A stretch of DNA of 63,026 nucleotides, filler included, from Folioceros fuciformis (Eukaryota), in assembly GCA_049999805.1 (NCBI GenBank). It is 9 parts of 9 records of this genome, joined end to end, with 100 filler letters (N's around TTAATTAATTAA, not from the genome) between each part and the next. Parts side by side here need not be neighbours in the genome. Positions count along the whole stretch, not along the records: positions 12,765 to 22,421 come from JBNGIO010003550.1; positions 22,522 to 32,273 come from JBNGIO010003551.1; 7 more parts are not named here. One strand, given 5' to 3'. Under the pieces are notes generated by a model. It saw only the letters and a program-made list of their open reading frames with translations, made no database searches and was not told the DNA's origin. The translations under genes were made by a program, and so were the position numbers. This document shows positions 13,274 to 26,000 of the stretch, in pieces (the first letter of the stretch is position 1; every line of letters starts with the position of its first letter).

Positions 13274-13642
13274 GATGCAATCGCACAGCACGCCTTGATC
13301 CGAAAACGCGCGAGTCCGGGATCGTGGACACAGAGACACTTCCCTGCAAGCTGGGGGGCTTTCTTTCCGGGAATGCTAGGTTTAGGGCTCGGAGAATGGC
13401 TTGGTGACGTAAGGAAAGGTTATCTTCTGCGAGGAGGGGAAGTCGCAAATTCCTCACCAAGTCACCCACACATTCGCATGCGCGCTCCCGAACCCACACT
13501 GAATTCGCATCTCACTTGGTTTTGCAAAATTAGTTCTGTAGAAATTATTTATCTATTGTACGTTTGGCATGGTCATATCTGGGACGTTCTTCTTTTGAAA
13601 GTGGGAAAAAGTCGTTAATTCCTCTCCAAACACACCTCAAGC

Positions 13643-13691
13643 AAGTCTTGTTCAAGACTTAACTAGCATGCTTTTAAAAGCATGCTAGTTA
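13643..13691. repeat. Two abutting palindromes: an 18-bp hairpin and a perfect 32-bp palindrome
   Basis: aagtcttg-tt-caagactt at 13643-13660; taactagcatgcttttaaaagcatgctagtta at 13660-13691. Confidence 0.85.
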
Positions 13692-14415
13692 TGTTGGGGT
13701 TAGATATGGTGGGGGTANNNNNNNNNNNNNNNNNNNNNNNNNNNNNNNNNNNNNNNNNNNNNNNNNNNNNNNNNNNNNNNNNNNNNNNNNNNNNNNNNNN
13801 NNNNNNNNNNNNNNNNNAGTGAAGGGCACTTAAAACTAGAGGGATTAGCTTTAGTTGTATATTTTAAAAATAATAATAATCTTAAAAATAAAATTTTAAA
13901 TTTTATTTATTGTGGATGGTGATAGTATGGTGTGTCATTGAAAAGAACACTAAAGTACTTAGCACTACATGATAAAGATTTGCATCCTTTCATATTTATT
14001 AGAAATAATTGTATTTTTTTCCTTAAAGTTACTCATGTCCTTGCACATCAAGATTCTCACTTGTTAAAAAAGAAAAACTAATTGATTTCAAATCTTAGGG
14101 TTATTCTTATATATCAATATTTTTACTTCAAGAGTATTAATATATTTTATATAGAATACTATTCATATTAAAACACATCTTGAAATACAAATGTCATACA
14201 TACAAAGTCTTGTATAAACTACATACACACACAAAGGCATGCAAAGATTGAAACTAACTAAAGTACCTATGTTACATTGAGAGGTAATATGGTACAACTA
14301 AAAGGTCTTTTGGTCCCTAAACTAATTGTGCCCCTCATGTTAGAAATGTTAAAATTAGTACATTGTACATTGTGGTATTTATTGTATACAATTTGGTATT
14401 CTCAACTCAAATAAC

Positions 14416-16049
14416 TTACTTACTAAATCTTCCGCTTAAACTCTCAATCCAAGAGGACGATTGTATTATAATGCTGTGCATTCTTGCTTCATCTTCAATG
14501 AGTCTTCTTCTCTTAGATCGAACTTCTTCCTTTCGTCTTTGAAGCTCATGTGTCATTTCTTGCAAGTTGGCTTCAAGATATTGCAATGTTTTCTCTTCTT
14601 CCTCTAAGCTAATTTCAACAAGTGTTTGGTCACTTCCTCCGTAGTGCCCTAGTGAAAAGCTTTGAAAAATTGTGTCAACTTTTTGTTGGGGAGATATTGA
14701 GCTTAATTGTCGTACTCTTTCCAATAAGTTTTGTGTGGATGGACTGAGGGAAACATCTCCAGGACATAGAGATGGGGATCCGGATTGAAAGTGTCTAAGC
14801 TTTAAATTAGTAGTGGAATCACTTAATGGAATTGAGTCACTTAATCCTGGTAGCTTGCAAGCTCCAACACTTGCATATGGACGAAATGGCCTTGTCACAG
14901 AAGAAACTGGTGGCATTATGCTTAAGGTTTTGTTACCATTTGAGTTACATCCATTGTCATGACCATTGTTCAACGTTGGGGGTGATGTTGATTGAGAGCT
15001 ACTTAAAGGATCATTGTTGTGGTTGTATCCCTGAATATAAGGACAACAATGAAGCTTGCACATTAGGAAAGTGTTAATAGGTGTACATTATTTAAACAAT
15101 CATTCAGTAAAGATTTGAAAATGAGAACAAGAAAAGCACCAACAAAAGCTTGTGTGTTGCCTTAAGGACTCACCATGGGAGGTTCATTAGCATTGTGGTT
15201 AGGCAAAGAGCGAGGGGAAACATGATTTAGGCTAGTGATTGAGCTTGAGTGTGAAGAGCCTTGAACTTGTTGTTCCTGTGTTGTCATAATGTCGTCCTCA
15301 TCACTGCTAGAAGTTGGGGACTCTGTGGAAGACTTTGGATCTGTGGATCCCGAACCACCTTTTGAATAATACACATCAGTGTAGGTAGCATTATCACATT
15401 GGATTGCATCTTCAGGGCTAGCTTCATTTGAAGTGCTGATGCGTCGATGAGCAAGATCTTGAGAAAGCATATTGAGATTGTCATTTAAAGGCAATGGAAC
15501 ACAGACATGAGCAACTTGTGTTCGTTTGCGGGAAATGCTTCTGATCGGTTTGGAATAACAAGGAAGACATATGGCCTTTTGATCTGGAGAAACATGTGGC
15601 GTGAAACAAATACAAAATAAACGGTTGTCACATTTGGAGGAGAGCAGAGAAATAGCAAGTTTAAATGAGGCTCTTCCAGATACCATTCGAGTTGGGCGAT
15701 CTTGTGCTGGAAACTCAACCCCATTGAAAGTAGTGAAGAGCGGAGGTTCTGCCAAGAAAGGTTTCTCATTCCGCAGCACTGGACTTCTATCATGAGCATA
15801 AGCTACAGAAGCCACAATCGCCATATCTCGAGTAGCTAGTTGTCCTGTCTCATCCAGTAGATGAACATTAAATACAAACTTTCGCCGACAAGATGCTTTC
15901 CCGCCGAGAACAGTAAGTACTTCCACACTTTTCCCAATGCCCAATGCCTCTGATGCCACTGAGGATACCAGCTTGTACATGACCTGATCTCCACTAGGTG
16001 TATCCCCTCCTCGCAGTTTTGTTGCTCCACTAGTGCACACTGCTACCAT
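14416..16049 (-). CDS. STAT-like (plant SHA/SHB core-domain) protein lacking an SH2 domain, ~496 aa; exons 16049-15174 and 15030-14416
   Basis: EPPLFTTFNGVEF...RPTRMVSGRASFKLAISLLSSKCDNRLFCICF...SKPIRSISR matches my recollection of the central domain of plant SH2-domain proteins A/B. A phase-0 intron (ATG|GTGAGT...TTCAG|GGA) joins the two ORFs. Ser-rich middle and C-terminal coiled coil. Confidence 0.75.
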
Positions 16050-17393
16050 GATGTTTACAGCTTACCACCATGAAAATGCTGCTTTTGTTGTCACTGCAAC
16101 CTAGAGGAATAAGATCTCTAGACTCAGATTTCAAAGTATGAGCAAGACTAGTAGGGGAGTGAAGAGTCTATCACAGCACATGACACTGTCAAAGGAAAGG
16201 CGTTGTTGGCTGGCCGCACTCCTCGGAAGACAACACCGGCAGTTAGGCATACAACCGGTTCATCCCCGTTATTTGGAAGATAACTGTTCATATGCCTGCA
16301 GTTTAAACCGCTATTGAAAACATGATTCCATATGGTTATATTTTTCATTATTTTTTAATCTTTACAAAAATCAAGACTATGGAAAAACTAAAGAAGTTCT
16401 TTTTCTATGTCAAACCTTTTGCTATAGAATACATTATCTGCAAACTCTTTCATTTTCTTGTTCTCTAATCAAGGTCATGTTTTTCTCAATCAATATTTGG
16501 TGTTCTTGTTGTTTGTATTAAGTGATTGTTCTTTACATTACATGAACACAAGAACCCTGCACTACGGCAAAATGCAGCAGTCAATGAAACAATACACCTG
16601 AAAAAGTTCCAAGGTTTCCTAGCCACTGTTACGGGCGATGCGGGGGATCGACCGCTTAACCAAGGACTAAGCATGGAGGCCAGTCAAGTGCCCGTCCTGC
16701 TGGCTACTGGGGAAGAGATGGTCTTCCGCAACTCCACGCTCCTATTTTGCTTAGCTTCTGATTGCACTCTAGGTCTCCCTGTCTGACCTAAAACACCCAA
16801 TCAGGTACCAGATTCATATGAAGTAGTGTACTCGAGTTCCTAGCTTTGTGGAATTGGAAAGCACAACCCTCGCTAATGGTAAGCGACAAAACCCCTGGCA
16901 GGTTCATCTGGTGGTGCAACCGTCACTCCAGCCATGAGACAAGCCATTAGAATTGTCAACCCGTTGAGGGACGTGATGTTTACAGCCCGAAACGGACGGG
17001 GATGCCCTCGACATAGCTCGTCCACAATTGCCGTAAATATGGTACGGCGCAGGGCATGATCCATAATCGTTGATTGTCACCGCATTCCCTGCAGCACAAA
17101 GCCGGTTAGGATTTAAGTGCTTCCCACAACCTATGCACTCATCAGACCCCTCCGAAGTGTGCAGGATAAGAAATGAGAATCCCAGTTTATTTGCAAGGTA
17201 CCAGCATGTCCTAGGTAGATTGAATGTCCTCTCCAATGGCGGAAAAATCTGTGCAAGACGCTCATCATGAGGCTCTTCTCGTCCTCCGATGGGCCGTGGG
17301 AGCCGATACACGGTTTTCTCCGGGGAAGTCTTGTTCCAAGAAGACGCCACATACCCGAGTTCCGCCCTCATTTCTGTCGAACGTCCTTTACAT

Positions 17394-17693
17394 GGCTGCA
17401 GATTCTAATAGCTCTGGGACGTCCTCGACAGAGCGGCAGATTCGTTGTACCAGGGCTGCCATGCAACCAAGGCACTCAAAGGATCCTCGTCTGCAGCCTC
17501 CATGGCCTAGCTGCTGTAATTCGAAGTTTAGTTCCTTTAGCCGCAGATTTTAAGAGCTCTGGTACGTCTTTTACATAGAACCATATTCGGTTTAACAGAG
17601 CACCAGGGCACTTTTCAAGATGGCCCCTCCATGGATTCGTGTCTGCAGCCTCCATAGTCAACCTGCTGTAATTTGAAGTTTAGTTCCTTCAGC
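17394..17693 (-). repeat. ~150-bp diverged tandem duplication spanning the PPR gene 3' end
   Basis: Copy 1 reads LKELNFKLQQVDYGGCR; copy 2 reads LKELNFELQQLGHGGCR...VEDVPELLESAAM*. Confidence 0.85.
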
Positions 17694-20608
17694 AGTCCAT
17701 ACAGATGCTCTTGATGCCTATGGTCACCCACCTGAAATGTGTGGACACTCTGCTCATGCTGAATCCAGCTTTGCCCAGGCTCCTTGGATGCGCCAGCTGT
17801 GTGTCTCCAGTCATCTATTTGTTTTGCGCAGTCCCACATGCGTGCTTGTGCATAAATGTTTAACATGAGCAGATACGCTGCAGCTTGTCCAGGCTCCAAA
17901 TCGACTGCACATTCAAAAGCACGCTTTCCCAGTTCCACATTACCATGTTTCTGGCATGCACCCAGAAGGGCCAACCACACTGGCAATGTTGGCTCCATGG
18001 GCATCTTTGAAATCAAATCCTCCACGTTGCTGAAAAGCCCCGCACGGCCAACCAGGTCAATCATGCAGACGTAATGCTCCAGTTCTGCAGTAATGCCGGA
18101 GTCTTTGGTCATGCTTTCAAAATATTTTAGTCCCCTTCCCACCATTCCAGCATGGCTGCATGCAGAGAGAAGTGCGAGGAACGTGATGCCATCAGGCTTC
18201 ACGCCTGATAAACCCATGTTCTCATAGCATTGCACACTTCTCTCATAGTTTCCTTGACGAGCATAGCCAGCAATCAGGGCAGTCCATGACACCACATCGG
18301 GCCGAGCCACTGCGTCAAACACATCTTGAGCACTTTCCATACTACCACATTTGCCATAAGCATCAACTAGACTGTTTGAAACAGTAAGGCTGCAATCGAA
18401 ACCACCCTCCACCACCTTTCGATGAGTCTCGACACAGATATCGAGCGCTCCTGTACTCCCACAGACTTCTAAGACACATAGAAATGCAGCCTCATCCAAT
18501 TCCACACCTTCTTGTTCCATCTCAGCATAAACCTGTAAAGCTTTTTCTCCTTCGTTCTGCTGGGCATATGCTGCAATCCTGGCAGTCCATGATACGACAT
18601 CACGTTGGGACAATCCGTGAAATACCTCTTCAGCATCCATGATGCTCCCACACTTCGCATACATCCGAAATAAAACGTTACCGACAAAACTGTCTGATTC
18701 CAACCCGCAACTAGCAACTTCTGCGTGGATTTCCTGCCCCTTTTTCAGCAACTCAGATTTGAAGCTCTTATCGTCTAGAGACACGCAGTTTTCCTGCTCT
18801 GTCCATGTGCAACATGCTTGAAGAGCACTGGCAAATGTGCGCGCATTTGGCTTGACACCTTCTCCTAGCATCTGGTCATAAATCTGCAAGGCATCTTGTG
18901 GCTTGTTCTGTTGAACATATGCTGCAATCATGGCATTCCATGAGACCACACTTCGCTGAGATAGTTTTTCGAAGACTTGTCGTGCATTCACCAGGCTCCC
19001 ACACTTTGCATACATGCTAAGCAGACTGCTTCCGACAAAGACATCTGATTCAAAACCCCGTTCAGAAACTTCAAAATGAATTGCCTTACCCTTCTGAAGT
19101 GATGCCAATTTCAGATTTTGCCCATAAATTTCTGTGCTCCCCTCCTTTTCTGCAACGGTACCGCAAGCTTGAAGCACACTGACGAATGTCCGAGCGTCTG
19201 GCTTGAAGCCATCTTCTCTCATTTGGTCATAGATGGTCAAGCCATTCTCTCCTTGTCCCTCTTGGGCGTATGCTGCAATCATAGCATTCCATGATACCAC
19301 ATTCCGTTCGGACGACTGGTCAAATGCACGTTGTGCATCCATAGTGCTTCCACACTTTGCATACATACTGACCAACGAGCTGGCAACAAACACATCTGAT
19401 TCGCAACCGCTGGATGCAACTTGGAAATGTATCTGCTTCCCTTTTTGTAGAGACTGTAGTTTCATTTTGCCTTGGTGCCCATGAATCATAATGCCTTCCT
19501 CTTCTTCAGCGAGGGCACCACAAGCTTGGAGAGTGCTGACTAATGTTCGAGCATTTGGCCTGATGCCTTCCTGTTGCATCCGGCCGTAGATCTGCAGGGC
19601 TTTGTCTCCTTGATCCTGCTGAGCATATGCTGCAATCATGGCATTCCATGATACGACAGTGCGGTGGGATAATGCGTCAAACACCTGCTGGGCATCCATG
19701 ATACTGCCACACTTAGCATACATGCTCACCAACGTGCTACAAACAAAAATGTCAGAGTGAAAACCAAGTTTCAAAGCATCGGCGTGAATTCGCTTGCCTT
19801 CTAACTGGTCCTCTAACTTGCTGCATGTCTTGAGCAAGCTGACGATCGTGTATTTGTCAGGTCGCACACCTTCCTGTTGCATCTGCTTGTAGCACGAGAG
19901 AGCCTGCCGAAAATGGCCAGCATTGCTATACCCTGAAATGACGGCTGTCCAGGAAAATACACTTCTGTACGACAGTCTCCGAAAGAGCTCGAGACCATCA
20001 GCAAGACCTCCACAGCTCACCAGTGTTGTGACCAAGAGGTCGCCGAGGAATCTATGTAATTCCAGTCCATGTTTTCTCAGATGAGTATGAACTTCCCTGG
20101 CCTCAAAAAGAGCCTTCTGTTTCGCGCACGCCTGAAGCAAGGTCTTGTAGAAGTCCACCGAAGGCACTATGCCCTGCTGGTCCATGAGAATCAGGGAATG
20201 CAGCGCCTTGTGCACTTGTCCCTCATTGCATAAACCCTCCAATTGACAACCTCTTTCAGACGACACAAATGCCCTGCGAAAAAGTTCAAGTGGCTCAGTA
20301 CACCAGCACCCACCTCACCGCCTGTTCTACAAGTCATTGCAATGGACTCACCTCTGCGTTCGAGAACCATACGGGTGAGTCTTCCTCAGCCTGTATGGCA
20401 GCTGATCACCTAGGCGGGCATGCGGCCGTACAGGCATCCACACTCTGTTCAGCCACACATTCGCGTTCTGATTGGAGTGAGGATGGCGGACTCCTTCCTG
20501 GACGCATGGTTTCGGAGAAAGGCCAGCAAACGGTTGCATCCACTCAACATCTGTGGCTCTCTGGTGAGATGCCAACGACAGTGATCTTGAGCTTGAGACA
20601 GCCAACAT
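17615..20608 (-). CDS. PLS-class pentatricopeptide repeat protein with E domains and PG box, no DYW domain (organellar RNA-editing factor); exons 20608-20352 and 20273-17615
   Basis: Repeated MYAKCGS..A..VFD...R.VVSWNAMIAAY; C-terminal WLALLGACQKHGNVELG and KEPGQSWI. A 78-nt phase-2 intron (AG|GTGAGT...TTTCGCAG|G) links a Ser/Arg-rich transit-peptide-like exon. The start could alternatively be 20803. Confidence 0.93.
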
Positions 20609-22421
20609 GCCTTGCGCATCCGCGTGTCTCACCGCAGCTGCGAAAATTAGAATATCATACGCCACGACAGTCTCTTCTGCTCTTCTTTTGCCTTCCTTGC
20701 GGGAAGTGTGGCCTTGTACGCCAAAGATAGCATTAAGGAACTGCAGTCGTGTTGAATACAAAATGCCGATAAGAAGAGATTGAGTGGCTTCATCAGGATA
20801 CATATTTTTCAGACTTTGTATCGGACCATCAGGAGCTCATCTTTGACGTTCTGGAGTGTGGAGTACGAGTCGCAGGGGACTGGGTGTACTTAGAATTCGT
20901 TCTTCAGCTTTGACGATATAATGTGTTCTTGGTACTTGGCAGCGGCAGGAGGATGGCTGCTAGAAGTGTATGGGCTAAAATGTACAGAGGCCACAACCAC
21001 CCACACGCTTACCAGCTACAGATCCGCGTCGAGTTGAGTAGCCTCCTCTTCGGTTGAGGCGATAAAACATAAGCCCTAGTGCGGCCAGTTATACATACAC
21101 ATACTTGCTCCCACACGGAAATTTGTCGTTAGTGGACAGTATTCTTCTCTGCACAAGCACAGCGAAATTGAGATGGATATGGAAATGCTCTTCAAAAGTC
21201 GCTGATCATTCCCGGATCAAGTAGAATGCGAGTACAGCAGAGAAGACAAAGTACTCAAAATGTTGCATTGAATAGTAGACTGTGAACCAAGATATGAGAA
21301 AGGCATCACACGGGCTCTATAACAAGATTCGAAACCAGCCTGTTGAGCAAACGTGTACAAATTCCCATCGAGAACGCAGAACATGACAGGTGGACTGTTC
21401 GAGGGGCTCCTATATTTAGACCCACTCACTCTATGTCTCATGTGCGCGTTTGCTATGTATTGCAAGCGTGATGCAAATAGATTGCTTCAAGCGCACTGTA
21501 CAGATGTAAAACTGCTTGACTGTCTTGATACCTCCGAGCCAAGCCTTCTGAATGTCTTGATTCCTCCGAGTCGAGCCTCCTTCTGTCGGACAGCCGCGTC
21601 TGCCGTATTTCTGAATCTACTATGCAGCTATAACATGCCTAGATATAGATTAGACAGACATTCTGAGCAGCATTTTCACAAATTTCATCAAAGATTTTGG
21701 CGTTTGCAGTTGAGGAACCTATGCGTGGAATCTGAAGTCAAGCCGGCGCGTCCCTGGCAACGACCCCTTGAGCTCAACCTTGAACGGTAGCTCACTCACA
21801 ACACTGGCCTTCCTCAGAGTTTGTCGGGGGATTAGAAGCGGAGTGTGCTCATCGTCCATCTCTCGCCTTTGTTCCGCTCAAAAGCTCACACCCCCGCTTG
21901 ACCAGGCGCTTCACCAGATCATCGATTGATACTTCAGTCCTCGACTCTGCACACTAAAGAACATACGGTGAGCTGAGATTGGGAGAGTTAAATGCTTGTC
22001 ACAATCTGCACAATTTTTCATCGATTGCTCGCCTGCGACGGATCCGCTAACATTACGCACGAGTTCACCTCGCAACCTGTTATCCTTTTGTCTTTGCAGT
22101 GCTCGGAGTAGCCAAGGAAGCCACACCTTCTTGCCTCCCGCACCCGATCTCAGCCCTGAACCTCACAATTCAATAGCATCCGGAGGAGGGAGCAGCAAAT
22201 CTGCCAATCCACTTCCTTCGTCACAATGTCTTGCGAGCACAGAACCCCTGGCTCCTGCGATGAGCAGAGGGAGGCGGTCGCCCGCAAATGCAAAGATCGC
22301 CGAGTCATGTGTGAGCAAGCTGGAGCATTGTAGAAACGAAGCAAAGGAGGCTTTTGGTCAGGAACGCATTCAGCAGGGACATAGCTTGCCAAAATGCAGG
22401 ACGGCAGGCGCAGCTCTGTGT

Positions 22422-22521
22422 NNNNNNNNNNNNNNNNNNNNNNNNNNNNNNNNNNNNNNNNNNNNTTAATTAATTAANNNNNNNNNNNNNNNNNNNNNNN
22501 NNNNNNNNNNNNNNNNNNNNN
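22422..22521. other. Artificial scaffold linker
   Basis: N44-TTAATTAATTAA-N44. Confidence 0.97.
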
Positions 22522-23023
22522 CTTTAAACCCTCTCAATGGAGTCAAACGACCGCCATTTTCCCTAACCTTCTCTTCCCTTCCCTTCCCTTCCCTTCTCTT
22601 CCGTCAAATCATCCCAAACCAGACTTCAAAATACATACCTAGACTAAACTTTTTCAAACCTTACTTAAAATCTTAAAACCGTTATCTTGAAAAACTTTAT
22701 AATTATATTTAATATTCAATTTGACTCTGTTCCTGTTATTACGGGCCTTGAATGGCATGCATAGGAAAGAGAATGGGCTGCTCATAAAAAGAGCATAAAT
22801 TTTATTATTAAATATTCAAATATTATTATTATAATAAATAGATATTGATATTAATTACACTTGTGCAAAAACAAAAAACTTTCAAGCCTTACACCAGGAT
22901 ATTTGAATTCGATTGGTATCAATGCTTGTACAATAATTCACATCCATTATTTTTATATGGTTAAAAATTATTAAAAAAAACAAAAATTTGAGAATTTACA
23001 TTTTTAGCATGGCTTTGTGAGGA

Positions 23024-26000
23024 TCATGGTGTTACCAAAACAACCATGTTCACATAATACTTTCTCTTTAGATCTATCCATACAACAGCTCCTACGCTAG
23101 GGCTACTCCAGATTTGTTGAACATTGCTAGCTACTCTTGGTTCTACGCTGACATGGAAACTAAGTTTTTGGTCTAATCTTGAGAACTTAAGCTCATTCGG
23201 AGTCACCTTAATTTGAACTCCTAGAGGAGAAACAATAGCCGCACGATATGTCGAATTCTTGTCACCCACATTAGTCGCAGTCCTCCTTACTGTGTTGTGT
23301 GGTCCAATTGTTAGGCCGCGGGTGAAGTGAATCATTGGATAATTAAGATCTTTAGTCTCCGGGTATGATGCTGGGCAACGATAAGTATCGTTTGCATATA
23401 CTTTGATGGTGGAGGCATTGTATCCAAAAGCACATAAGAATAGGAGATAGTCGTCGGGAGATATGTCGAAGATTAGCCCGGGATGTGCTGCACGAGTTGG
23501 ATTAATTTCACCAGCGCCAAGAGCAAATGGTGTGGCGAACGAGGATGGTGCAGCATTATCGGTAATTGGCCACTTCGAGCTGTCTAATCTTGCAGCTGCA
23601 AAATGGGTGATGATTCATCAAATAAGTTGTGACACAAATGCTGGGTTATGTTGTCAAATATTGCTTATTGCAAAGACGAGCATAACAAAAGCAAACCCAA
23701 TGTACCTGTGGTCATGATAGCTGATTTGATTGCTGCAGGACTCCATGTCGGATGTGTCGATTTGATTAGAGCCGCTATTCCCGATACGTGCGGTGTGGCC
23801 ATCGAAGTACCTGATTGCACAAAGTACTCGAATGTTCGAGTATCACTATCAATGTTGTTGATAGCAGCGACAGGTGACCATGCCGCGAGAATAGAGATCC
23901 CTGGAGCTACAATGTCCGGCTGAGACAATATGACATTGTGTTAGATTCGTTGTTAGCCATGTAGTGTAGTGTAAGACAAATGTTGCTAAGCACATACCTT
24001 TATGATTTCTGGGCTCTTGAGATTTGGGCCCCTGCCTGAGAAGGACGCCACAGCTGGAGCTTTGTATAGATCACTTTGATCTGTAAAGGTTGGTCCAATT
24101 TTCGCTACTGGTTGCCTATGCAATATGATTTGTTAATACAAATCATGCAGTTGAATAGTCTATTCGAATCCGTGCAAGAGTCTAAGAGTTCATGCAACCC
24201 TTCAAGCTTCCACAACTACTTACTTCGTGGATTCGATGTAATCACTTATTCGAACACCGGTCTCTCCATCGACAATAGCAACAGGGAGAGGAAGAACCAT
24301 GGTTTGATCATCCTGAACATTTGCAATAAGAATCATCCCGACTGCCTTTGCTTGAATCACCGCCCTAATCTTGTCCCAGAAATCGTAGTTGATATGGGTT
24401 TCGCAAAGGATGATTCTTCCCTTCACTTTGTTCACATCCAAAGTCCCTAGGATGCATTGGCTGCAAAAGACATTCCAACAACAATTTATTCTATATACAA
24501 ATCCCATCAACCTCAATACCATGCATGCATGATAAATCAAGTGACACCAAAGTTTCCATACCTTGCGTTGTTCACATTCTTAACATCATTAAAAGCGTGC
24601 CTTGCTTGGATAAGAGGATGCAATTTATCCATACTATGTGGTTGATTGAGTACATTATGTCCCTGTGAATAATCTGTTTAGAGAAAAAAAGAAAACACGT
24701 CGATACAAACGAAAGGAAAAAGATGATAAAGTAGCTTACCAAAAGGATTTCACGATTCCCAAGCACAATGTTTGTTGGAAACGTGCGATCGATGCTGCTA
24801 GCTCCGACTGTGAGAGTCCAGGGTGCTGCGTTCACAATGGAGGACATGGCTGGTCCTCCGTTTCCTGCTGCAGACATTGATAGAATGCCATATTTCATTG
24901 CGTAATACAGGCCTGTAACAATGGGATCTTGATAATACTCTGGTTCGGGTGGATCGTATCCCAAGGAGAGAGATAAAATGTCCACTCCATCCTCTATAGC
25001 GTCATCGAATGCAGCCAGTATGTCAGCTACGTAACATGCTGGCCAACAAACCTGCAAAGATTGCAAGTTGTGAGTCTGTGATCATTAATTTCTGTGCTGT
25101 TAACAAAGACTCCTTAATCTGTTGCTTTGTGGAAGTACCTTGTAAATAGCCAGTCTTGCCAAAGGCGCTGCTCCTCTTACTGCTCCTTTAGCCAATCCAA
25201 AGATATTCACGTCTTCCACGTATCGGCCAGCTATGGTGGAAGCAACGTGAGTGCCGTGGCCGTCGGAGTCCCTGGCTGAGAGAAAGCCATTTTTCCCGAG
25301 GGTTTGGTTTGCAGCAAGAAAGCCCTTGTTGTAGTATCGAGCGCCGATGATCTTCCTGAAATCAGAGGAGATTACGTGTTTACGGATCACGATGGACTAG
25401 ACCAGGAGGGAGTTGGACGGTCAATGACTTTTGAGGACGTGCATGTGGTGCCCAACCCAACTGGAAGTTGGATCGAATGCTACTGCTGCAGTAGTGTACC
25501 TGTTGCAGTGCTTGGATGCTGTAAAGTTTTGGCCATCAACGCATTTCCCTTTCCAGCGGGAGGGCACAGGGGTGAAGGAATGGTCACTGAAGCTGGGAGA
25601 TTCGGGCCATATTCCTGCCCGGTACCCAGCATTGAATTTCGTCAGCGTCACTGACAAGGTCCTGCTGATCAGAAGGCAACGAGAGCGGCATAGAGGTATT
25701 TGTGCATGGACTGGTGCAATGACCTGAATCGAAAATGCCCACGATGACATCGCGCCCGAAGTGGCTCTCATTGGACAGCCCAGAAGCATTCCTCTCAGAC
25801 GCCAGCCCCAAGAAGTCCCACGACCGCGTGGTCATAAGGCGCGCCACCCCGGCGGCGAAGACGGNNNNNNNNNNNNNNNNNNNNNNNNNNNNNNNNNNNN
25901 NNNNNNNNNNNNNNNNNNNNNNNNNNNNNNNNNNNNNNNNNNNNNNNNNNNNNNNNNNNNNNNNATCGCAAACCAGTCACAAAAATGCATGACAGGCCTG

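Noticed and set aside
16873..17661. Possible DYW deaminase downstream of the PPR (RGHLEK resembles HxEK)
   Set aside because: Out of frame, no CxxC at the expected spacing and no DYW-like end; better explained by the 150-bp duplication.
20800..22421. Several 70-157-aa ORFs upstream of the PPR gene
   Set aside because: No recognisable domain or consistent exon chain; left unannotated.
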